The position numbers and the translations under genes were made by a program. A stretch of 64,000 nt of DNA from Bacteriovoracaceae bacterium. Its GTDB lineage: Bacteria; Bdellovibrionota; Bacteriovoracia; Bacteriovoracales; Bacteriovoracaceae. The notes under the pieces are model-generated. The model saw only the letters and a list, made by a program, of their open reading frames with translations. It was not told the DNA's origin and ran no database searches. This document shows positions 55,074-62,523 of this stretch, piece after piece (position 1 is the stretch's first letter; the number at the start of each line of letters is the position of its first letter). The stretch is taken from the NCBI GenBank assembly GCA_036770305.1, contig DAIPJL010000001.1, forward strand, positions 1,899-65,898. The letters are read 5' to 3'.

Positions 55074-56273
55074 ATGACTGAAGCCTCATCTCTCGACATC
55101 GTCATTCCCACAGGCCACCGTCGGAAATCTCTCGCGAGGCTATTGTCTTCGATTCGGAGACAGGAGAAACCTGGCACATGGAGAGTCGTCGTAGTCGCCG
55201 ACGGAACTTCGCTCGACGCGGAGGCCCTGAGGATTATCGAGGTTGAGCCGGCGATCGAACTCGTGCGGATCTCTCGCGGTGGTGTGAACCGTGCGCGGAA
55301 TGCGGGGCTTAGGAGGTGTCGATCAGACTGGGTCTTGATGCTCGATGACGACGTCGTGCTGCCGGAGGGATACCTCGGAGCGCTTCTGGATCGCATCGGG
55401 CAGGAGACGCGGGTGGTGGCGGTTGGCGGCATCTACCTACCCAAGGAGGGTGCCGTGTCGGCGGCGACTGCCTATAATTATATCGCGAGCAGTTGGGTCA
55501 GGAGTGCGACGCGCTTAGACGGGACAACTTTTGCGCTGCTCGGTGGAAATGCTTGCTACCATCGAAGACGGCTTGGGGAGCGGCTAAGGTTTGCGGAGTG
55601 GATACATTTCGGTGGGGCAGAGACAGAGTTGAATCTGCGTCTCATTGAGCAGGGGCTAGAGCTGGGCTTCGATCCGGCGCTTCACGTGTACCACGACTGT
55701 GAGGTTGGAATACTGGGACTTGTTCGGAAGGGGTTCGCGCAGGCCCGAGGACGATCCTCTCTTGAGGGTCGGATTTCTTCGGCCGTGCTTGCTCTTACCG
55801 ACATCGCGAGAGTAGAAGATCAGCGCCCTGGAGTCCGTGCGTATTTCTTGGGATACGACCTTTTCAATTTCTGTCGTGCCCATAATCTTCTGAGGCATTC
55901 GGACGGCTACGAACTCCGCTTTCACCAGGCGATCATCTGGGGTGGGGAGCAAATTTTTAGGTCGTCTGGCATCGAACGAATTTGGGGCCTAGGCGTATCT
56001 CTCATGCGCGCGATGTTAAATTCCCTCGTTCGGTTAAGGGACTGGGTTCGGTGGCAGGTGCCACCGCAGTGTCGTGCCCTTGTGACTTGGGTTCGGTGGC
56101 AGGTACCACCAAAGTACCGCGCCTTAGTGATATGGGTTCGGTGGAAGACTTTACCCATAGTGGTCATCGTTGTGATATCGGTGCCATGTGCCTTTTTGCA
56201 GATACCGGTGTTTCTCCCGAGAGAGCGACTTTCGGATCTTCGAACGCAGATCCTCAGAAAAATACTAGGATAA
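55074..56273 (+). CDS. GT2-family glycosyltransferase with repeat-containing hydrophobic C-terminus
   Basis: 399 aa. LDIVIPTGHRRKSL...VVVADG...MLDDDV. The C-terminal segment contains the 45-bp tandem repeat and a TM helix. Confidence 0.8.
   Translation: MTEASSLDIVIPTGHRRKSLARLLSSIRRQEKPGTWRVVVVADGTSLDAEALRIIEVEPAIELVRISRGGVNRARNAGLRRCRSDWVLMLDDDVVLPEGYLGALLDRIGQETRVVAVGGIYLPKEGAVSAATAYNYIASSWVRSATRLDGTTFALLGGNACYHRRRLGERLRFAEWIHFGGAETELNLRLIEQGLELGFDPALHVYHDCEVGILGLVRKGFAQARGRSSLEGRISSAVLALTDIARVEDQRPGVRAYFLGYDLFNFCRAHNLLRHSDGYELRFHQAIIWGGEQIFRSSGIERIWGLGVSLMRAMLNSLVRLRDWVRWQVPPQCRALVTWVRWQVPPKYRALVIWVRWKTLPIVVIVVISVPCAFLQIPVFLPRERLSDLRTQILRKILG
56043..56150 (+). repeat. 45-bp in-frame tandem repeat (2 full copies plus a partial third)
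   Basis: TGGGTTCGGTGG... recurs at 56043, 56088 and 56133. Encodes WVRWQVPPQCRALVT / WVRWQVPPKYRALVI / WVRWKT... Confidence 0.9.
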
Positions 56274-56308
56274 ATTTGATTTTATAATTTAGTATCTACG
56301 TTCGAGAT

Positions 56309-57235
56309 ATGAACTATCAGTACTTTCATGAAGATCATTTTAAATGGGGATTCGACGCCCGTAGCTATGGGGCGAGGCGCACTTCATCAGAGGAGTTCTG
56401 GTGGAGTTTTTCGAAGGCCCCAGTCATCGTCCCATCATTTCGAGACGCCTGCTTAGAAGCTTGCAGGATTATTGTTAGAAACTCCTTAAGCCTTGGGCGG
56501 CCGATTACCCTATGTCTCAGTGGTGGTATCGACAGCGAAGTGGTAGCGAGATGCCTAAGAGAGATTGGTGCAGATTTTCAAGCGATCATTTATGAGTATC
56601 CCAACCAGCTGAATCAGCATGATGTACGAATGGCGCTCGATCTGTGTAAAACGCTAGGGATTCCATTTCGCTTAGAACAGTATGATATCCTGCGAGCGCT
56701 CACCGTGGACGCGAAAGATTGGTTGGATCGCTACAATGTGGTTAGGCCTTACCTGTATGTCTACTACGATATGATCCGACGTGCCCCGGGATATCCGGTC
56801 TTTTGCGCAGGAAATATTCAGCTCGAGCCATTCGTTCAGAGGAATTTTGATTTCGATAACCCGCCACAACTTGTGTGGAGGGAGTATGATCAGGACCAGG
56901 CCCCAACAGCTGCTCTGTGGGAGGATGGGGTACCAGCGGTCACAAGATTTTATCGGTTTACAGCGAACCTTTTAAGTTCTTTTCTAGAAGATCCGCTAGT
57001 GAAAATGTGGACTCAGTATCACGAGAGCCTAGGCTCAGCTCATAAGATGCACGACTTTAAGATATTCATTTATGCGCGTCACTGGCCTGAGCTTAAATCC
57101 AGACCTAAATTTACGAGTTATGAGCACATTAACCCACTTCATAAGTTTCTTCGCATTCAGCGCTCTTTACAGTTTAGAGAGCAACAGGTCCATGTGACAC
57201 TCGAAGAACTCCGATCTTCTCTAGGATTGATTTGA
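56309..57235 (+). CDS. PP-loop (N-type) ATP pyrophosphatase superfamily protein
   Basis: 308 aa. PP-loop LCLSGGIDSEVVARCL. No asparagine-synthase glutaminase domain. Low GC. Confidence 0.7.
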   Translation: MNYQYFHEDHFKWGFDARSYGARRTSSEEFWWSFSKAPVIVPSFRDACLEACRIIVRNSLSLGRPITLCLSGGIDSEVVARCLREIGADFQAIIYEYPNQLNQHDVRMALDLCKTLGIPFRLEQYDILRALTVDAKDWLDRYNVVRPYLYVYYDMIRRAPGYPVFCAGNIQLEPFVQRNFDFDNPPQLVWREYDQDQAPTAALWEDGVPAVTRFYRFTANLLSSFLEDPLVKMWTQYHESLGSAHKMHDFKIFIYARHWPELKSRPKFTSYEHINPLHKFLRIQRSLQFREQQVHVTLEELRSSLGLI

Positions 57236-57838
57236 GTGAGCCTTAGAAGAGTTCAACTCATAAGAGATGGTGTTCAGAAGTTATGTGATCCAGTCGTTTT
57301 GCGTAATTTCTACGACACCCTTGCGGAGATTCACTGCTCTCGTGATTCAAAGAGGTCAAACTATACCCAAGATGCTCTGGACTTAACGGGGCATGCTCTC
57401 TTTGATCTCGCCGTGGATGAGAACAAAAACATAGGGACGTTCTGCGGTGTTTATAATGGTGGAAGGTACCCTGCAGGGGTCTATCGATTGCTGAATCGAG
57501 TGTATGTGACACCACATTTTCGTAATCGCCACGGATTGCACATGGCACTTGCAACAAAGTACTTGTTGCCGGCGCAATATGAAGAAATCTGTGATCGATC
57601 AGATTTAGTATTCGTTTCGCGGGAAGGAGCCCTGGGCAGAGAGTCTCTTGGGCGCTGGCTCAGGGTGCACTGGGGGCATTCCGCATGGCGCGTTCATCCT
57701 CGCTACGTTCAAGTGGTGCCCGGGGTTAGAAACAAAAGAACTTTTCAAGCTATCGCTTATCAGTGCATCAGAAAAACTGACTGGTTTTTTGAAGAGTTAG
57801 ATGATGCCGAATGGCAAATGCTTCCAGAGGGTGTTTGA
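57236..57838 (+). CDS. Hypothetical protein, possibly GNAT-fold acyltransferase
   Basis: 200 aa. GTG start immediately after the previous TGA. LNRVYVTPHFRNRHGLHMALATKYL resembles GNAT motif A. Weak call. Confidence 0.35.
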   Translation: MSLRRVQLIRDGVQKLCDPVVLRNFYDTLAEIHCSRDSKRSNYTQDALDLTGHALFDLAVDENKNIGTFCGVYNGGRYPAGVYRLLNRVYVTPHFRNRHGLHMALATKYLLPAQYEEICDRSDLVFVSREGALGRESLGRWLRVHWGHSAWRVHPRYVQVVPGVRNKRTFQAIAYQCIRKTDWFFEELDDAEWQMLPEGV

Positions 57839-59169
57839 TGAGTCATGTCTCGCGCATCGGTATCACGCTGTGGTTTGACGATGAATCTCGGGATCTCTTG
57901 TCCATCAGCCTAGTCTCTATTCTTATGCAGGTTCAGCGAAAGAGAGTACCGCTCAAAATTGTGAAAGGTTTCCTATCGGCATTTCAGATCCAGCATCAAA
58001 GTGAGTACACACTCTTGATCCGAGCTGGTCATGTTTTTAAATCGAACAGATGGTACGATGAGCTTGTTCAGTTTACAGACCAGAGAGTACCTGCGATCGG
58101 CCACATAATCGCAAGGCCAGGTGAAGCACTATCTCTTCATCCGCAGTTGATGTTATTTATGACGCACCATTTGACCTCGATTGCTGCAGCGGTCATCAGT
58201 TGCAAGTCATACCGGCTTTTCGAGAGAAGTGATAATAATATCCACGATGATTACACGCCGCTCTGGGTTCGATCGACACAAGCCCCTCAGGAAAGAGCTG
58301 ACTCAAAGGTATGCGAGTCAATTGCAGCGGGAGCACTTGAGTTAAATCGTGAAATTCTTAACTGGCCATGGTCATACCGTAGACTGAAGCATGACATTTC
58401 TACCGATACGCCGTTACATCGTGCGGAGCATGTAAATAGGTATATCTATGAGATCGAGCGCCAGAGAAGTCTTCTCTATCCCTTTAATAACGAACCCCAT
58501 GTTGAGCTAGAGCTTCCGACCCTTGCTCACGTCATGGGCGTTGCGAGTGGACTAAAGCTCAATGCCCTGACGCACAGGTCAATCAATGATAAAACGAGAT
58601 TCACCTTTTTTGATATCAGCAGGCTGAGTCTGGAGTTCCGAGGTCGGATTAATAATGACTGGGATGGAAAGGATTACGAATCCTATGCTTCCGGAATAGC
58701 GAGTGGCTATGATGCTTCTCTAGTATATATCTCAGCCTTTCGAAGTTCGAGACAAGTCGAATGGCTAGCGTCACCCACTTTCGTAGAACATTGGAGGTTA
58801 TTCAAAGAGCTTCCAAAGCAATACATCCGGCACGATATTGTAGGCCACGAGAGAAAGAAGATTTTAGCTCACCTGAAGAAGGAGCCGTCGTTTATTTGGT
58901 TTAGCAATTCCTTTACATCCCAGAGTGCAGTTTTCATGAAGAGCTTCGGCCAGCTTTGCGAGCTTTATCTCAGATTCTCAAGTGAGGTAAGTGCCCTCAA
59001 CGAGGACTCGTTACTTTTTGGCTACTCACCTCTCGGCGAAGCGATGTCGAAGCCCATGACACCAAGGGAAATGATCGAGAGTTTTTCTTTTGACCATGCT
59101 TTGTTCATACGGTCAGTGTGCGTCGGCGGCACGCCGAAAGAGCTTATATTCGAGGGAACCGACTCTTGA
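57838..59169 (+). CDS. Hypothetical protein (443 aa), unknown function
   Basis: ATG at 57838 overlaps the previous stop (TGATG). No recognised motif. A possible Rossmann-like segment (HVMGVASGLK...FTFFDIS). The 3' end overlaps convergent pepM by 26 nt. Confidence 0.6.
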   Translation: MSHVSRIGITLWFDDESRDLLSISLVSILMQVQRKRVPLKIVKGFLSAFQIQHQSEYTLLIRAGHVFKSNRWYDELVQFTDQRVPAIGHIIARPGEALSLHPQLMLFMTHHLTSIAAAVISCKSYRLFERSDNNIHDDYTPLWVRSTQAPQERADSKVCESIAAGALELNREILNWPWSYRRLKHDISTDTPLHRAEHVNRYIYEIERQRSLLYPFNNEPHVELELPTLAHVMGVASGLKLNALTHRSINDKTRFTFFDISRLSLEFRGRINNDWDGKDYESYASGIASGYDASLVYISAFRSSRQVEWLASPTFVEHWRLFKELPKQYIRHDIVGHERKKILAHLKKEPSFIWFSNSFTSQSAVFMKSFGQLCELYLRFSSEVSALNEDSLLFGYSPLGEAMSKPMTPREMIESFSFDHALFIRSVCVGGTPKELIFEGTDS

Positions 59170-59974
59170 GGGATGAAATTTCTTCGTAGTCCATGAACTG
59201 AAAAAGCTCCTTCATAGACATTAGCCCCTCTTCAGGTGCACTAGAGTACTTTCTTATGTGTTCCGCGACTTCTAGTTGGGCCCTGATAGCAGCGCGCATT
59301 CCTTGATTGGCCCAAATTACTCCGCGTATTGCGTGCTCGAGTAGTAGATTAGATGGAGGCAGTGGATAGGTCGTAGGACAAACGATCACTGGGATTTCAC
59401 CTGAAATCGAATGGCAAACTTCTTGGATGTGGTCGAAACAGTCACGGTTGGAATGAATGAAAATGGCATCGGCGCCTACCTCGTGGGCTGCGCGAGCACG
59501 CCGATAGACGGCATCCGCACTCTCTCCACGAATTAGTCCCTCGAGTCGTGCAACGATGAGCATCCTAGAGCGCAGGGCGAGGGATGCTTGAATCTTCTCA
59601 ATAAAATCGCCTTCCGTTGCACCAATTTGCGCACCGGTCTGAAGACTGTTGTTTTTTACACCAGCCTTATCCTCGATGACGATCCCAAGTGCACCAATTT
59701 TTTCAAGGCGCTTAATAAGATAAGCGAGCTTTTCGATGGAGTTAAATCCATTGGTCCCGTCGACTAAGAGCTTCAGATTCGAGGTCGAGCTAAGTTGTAA
59801 GCACGTGTCGAGGATGTGCTCCGGTCCGAGTTCCTCACTGTCGCGAATTCCGTGACTGGTCGCTACACACAGAGATGAAACCCAGCCAAAATCGAAGCCA
59901 GTCTGGGAAGCAACGCGTGCAGAAATTGGATCGTGAACTTCATAGAAGTGAACGATTTCGTTCGGCTTTAGCAT
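59144..59974 (-). CDS. pepM: Phosphoenolpyruvate mutase (isocitrate lyase/PEP mutase superfamily)
   Basis: 276 aa. Aligns end to end, by eye, with my recollection of PEP mutases (ISARVA..GF...VDGTNG...). Carries the discriminating motif IEDKAGVKNNS (EDK-X5-NS, nt 59645-59674), plus IVARLE, GADAIFIHS and VIWAN. Confidence 0.85.
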   Translation of the reverse strand: MLKPNEIVHFYEVHDPISARVASQTGFDFGWVSSLCVATSHGIRDSEELGPEHILDTCLQLSSTSNLKLLVDGTNGFNSIEKLAYLIKRLEKIGALGIVIEDKAGVKNNSLQTGAQIGATEGDFIEKIQASLALRSRMLIVARLEGLIRGESADAVYRRARAAHEVGADAIFIHSNRDCFDHIQEVCHSISGEIPVIVCPTTYPLPPSNLLLEHAIRGVIWANQGMRAAIRAQLEVAEHIRKYSSAPEEGLMSMKELFQFMDYEEISSLKSRFPRI

Positions 59975-60768
59975 TGTTGCTCGTATTGGGTATGCGGCAG
60001 CGCATTTGATCTGGTGCGGATAAGCCGAACTAGAAGCATCGCGGGGTCAAACTCATGTCGATGGCACGCAAAGTTGGCCCGTGAGGGAAAAGCATGGTGA
60101 TTGTTGTGCAAAGATTGGCCCCAGGTAAACCATGTGAGCCACCGTATGTTTCGTGAATTGTCACCAGTTTGCTGAGGCCGAAGGCCTGGTTTGTCCATGT
60201 GACAGAAAAGATTAATGATGTTTTCTTGATGGATGCTGTAGAGCATAGGCAGGGCGATTAAATTAAGTCCGATGTCCAGTGGAATAAGAACGGAGGCGGC
60301 AAGAGTGAGGTGAATCAAGGTTTCGTAATTTCGGTGTAGCCATTTCTGCCAAGGATCTCTCGCGAGATTTTTTGCGTGTTGGAGACTGAATTTACGATGA
60401 TCAAATCTTATCTGCCAACCGAGGTAAGAGGACCACTTCCCGTTCACAGGAGAATGAATGTCCAGAGAGGTGTCAGAATGTATGTGATGAAGGCGATGTA
60501 GTGCTACCCAGAAAATTGGCGATCCCTGTCCTCCCAGTGCTCCAAGGAGGGAGATGATTTTCTCAATCCGAAGGCTGGTTTTAAAAGATTTGTGAGAGAG
60601 ATATCTGTGAAGCCCGACGGCTACACCTAAGCCACTTATGAGAGTCCAGCCTATCAAAATGAGCAAGATGCTAGAAAGCTGAGGAGCACTGAGCAATCGG
60701 AATAGTGCGTAGAGCCCCACGAGGTGAATAGGGATAATGACACGAGTAAAGTGCGGAGATAGTTTCAT
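59968..60768 (-). CDS. Membrane fatty-acid desaturase family protein (short form)
   Basis: 266 aa. Three His boxes HRYLSH, HRLHH and HNNHH in the acyl-CoA desaturase arrangement. Four hydrophobic segments. Confidence 0.85.
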   Translation of the reverse strand: MKLSPHFTRVIIPIHLVGLYALFRLLSAPQLSSILLILIGWTLISGLGVAVGLHRYLSHKSFKTSLRIEKIISLLGALGGQGSPIFWVALHRLHHIHSDTSLDIHSPVNGKWSSYLGWQIRFDHRKFSLQHAKNLARDPWQKWLHRNYETLIHLTLAASVLIPLDIGLNLIALPMLYSIHQENIINLFCHMDKPGLRPQQTGDNSRNIRWLTWFTWGQSLHNNHHAFPSRANFACHRHEFDPAMLLVRLIRTRSNALPHTQYEQQC

Positions 60769-61481
60769 GAGAGTTGTTTTTTTAACAAGAAGACTTCTTC
60801 GTACATCTCTTCAGAGATTTTTGAGCTAATGGATGATGAGAGAATTTCCGTTCCAGGCAAAATAAGATCACTTAGCTGCATCATGTTGTTTGCCCCGTTC
60901 CATGGGTATCCCATAACGAGCATGGTTAGGCCCTTTTTCGTTGCGGCATAGCCGTGGGGCATACTCCCGTTAAGTACAAATGCATCATGGTGCTCGTTGA
61001 TAAACAACTTTTCACCTGATTTGTTTAAAAAAAATATACCAGACGTATCACCGTCGAGCACAAGTCGTAGCTTTAATTCAAGCTTTGAGGTGTTAGAAGG
61101 GGCGATATCCACATGAACTGGGATGGATGTATTTGGTGCCACATGTAAGATACAACACCGTGGTAGCGGTTTCATCCAGCTAAAGAAGCATGACTCAAGG
61201 ATTCTGCAAGCTTCGGGCATTTGAACCGCAGCTTCGGTCCAAGGCAATAATGCTGAAGATGTCACAAGACCGGATACCATGAGGTTCGAAGGTTTTTTTT
61301 CGGTTTCGTAATTTTTTTGGGGCCATAGGCGAAGGATGTGAGAGGCACGAAACTCGTCAGGATACCAGCCACTCAGATCATCGAGGAGTGGACGAAGCTC
61401 CGAGTTAATCTTCAGAACGTCTTCAGGACCAATTCCAAGCTTCGAAAGAGAGATTCCGGCAAAGGCAATATCCTTCGTCAT
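60765..61481 (-). CDS. Cupin-fold Asp/Asn beta-hydroxylase (AspH/LpxO)-like oxygenase, paralogue C
   Basis: 238 aa. ILHVAPNTSIPVHVD (HxD) ... LKLRLVL ... GSMPHGY (distal His). ATGA overlaps on both sides. Confidence 0.6.
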   Translation of the reverse strand: MTKDIAFAGISLSKLGIGPEDVLKINSELRPLLDDLSGWYPDEFRASHILRLWPQKNYETEKKPSNLMVSGLVTSSALLPWTEAAVQMPEACRILESCFFSWMKPLPRCCILHVAPNTSIPVHVDIAPSNTSKLELKLRLVLDGDTSGIFFLNKSGEKLFINEHHDAFVLNGSMPHGYAATKKGLTMLVMGYPWNGANNMMQLSDLILPGTEILSSSISSKISEEMYEEVFLLKKQLS

Positions 61482-62308
61482 ACCTTATGAGCCTCGTTCC
61501 ATGTGCTAGAGTTTAACTCAGTATTTGCGATGATTCGCTGGATCTCTGACGGAAGTATGGTTTTACCAGTCAAAGCCTCAATCACCTGCTGAACCGCACT
61601 TTGGGGGAAGTGTGTTCCTCCTGCCTTCACGATAGCAGCAAGGTAGTGGTTAGGGTCTACTGAGCTTTCCGTCAATGTGTCTTTGAAGTCGCCGTAGGCG
61701 ATACGCCCATTGCGAAGATACGAATTAGTTTTGAAGAAACTCAGTCGGCGATAACCAAGGGCGGAGAGTCTAAGATTAAAATCAATGAAGTCTACCGTAG
61801 ACTTTTCGCTAAGTGAGAGGTCTTTGTGCTTTTCGAGTGTAAGTAAGTCCTCGCCTAGATACTCCATGACGAGAGTTTGTGTGACGTCATCTTTCTCAAG
61901 CAGGAGAGGGCCGTGGAAACCGTTAAGTGCACTGAGAATCTCTGCTTCCTTCCGATAGAAGAATCTCAAGACGTCGGGCGATGATTGTGTCAGAGGAGTT
62001 CCGCCGACTGTGATCCCGTGAGGGTGGAAGATTTTTACGACTTTTCTTTCGGCAGGATTAATCAAGATGCTGGCACTCGACCCTATCGAGGCTTTCAATG
62101 TCTTGGTTCCGTCGCGGAGAATAGGCTTGCTGTGGGGGTGTCTGAAGACCTTGAAGCCTCTTCTTTCCCAGCTCGCAATAAGATCGCTAAACTGGGCTTC
62201 CTCTAAACTCGTGTGTGAGGAAAGATTCCTAGTCGCCGAGATTGTTGAAATTCCCACAAGGCCAAATCCTTTTATCAATGTGGTCGACAGGAAGTCTCGT
62301 CTGAGCAT
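61478..62308 (-). CDS. Protein-kinase-like-fold protein with twin-arginine-type N-terminus
   Basis: 276 aa. AAGGAG RBS 6 nt upstream. MLRRDFLSTTLIKGFGLVGISTISA (RRxFL plus h-region). Kinase-like strands KVVKIF, EAEILSAL, LVMEYLG, YGDFKD, but no HxD catalytic loop. Confidence 0.4.
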   Translation of the reverse strand: MLRRDFLSTTLIKGFGLVGISTISATRNLSSHTSLEEAQFSDLIASWERRGFKVFRHPHSKPILRDGTKTLKASIGSSASILINPAERKVVKIFHPHGITVGGTPLTQSSPDVLRFFYRKEAEILSALNGFHGPLLLEKDDVTQTLVMEYLGEDLLTLEKHKDLSLSEKSTVDFIDFNLRLSALGYRRLSFFKTNSYLRNGRIAYGDFKDTLTESSVDPNHYLAAIVKAGGTHFPQSAVQQVIEALTGKTILPSEIQRIIANTELNSSTWNEAHKV

Positions 62309-62523
62309 TTCGGGCTCCTTGTTGATTCTGATAAACTAAGGTCATTTTACTATACAACGGGTCAGTCACTTTTCTTAAAAGAAGTGTGGTTGTGTTTATA
62401 ATCACTTGGCTAAGAGAGAAATTGAAATTCAAAAAATGTCTGAGCGAGCCTCTAGTTATATTAAATGCTTATGGTGGCAACGCTCGTGGCTATATGGAGG
62501 TAAGAAAATTCTAGTTTCTAGGC

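Noticed and set aside
62229-62432. 67-aa minus-strand ORF in the AT-rich spacer
   Set aside because: It is low-complexity and AT-rich, has no RBS, and overlaps the 5' end of the kinase-like gene. It is more likely non-coding regulatory DNA.
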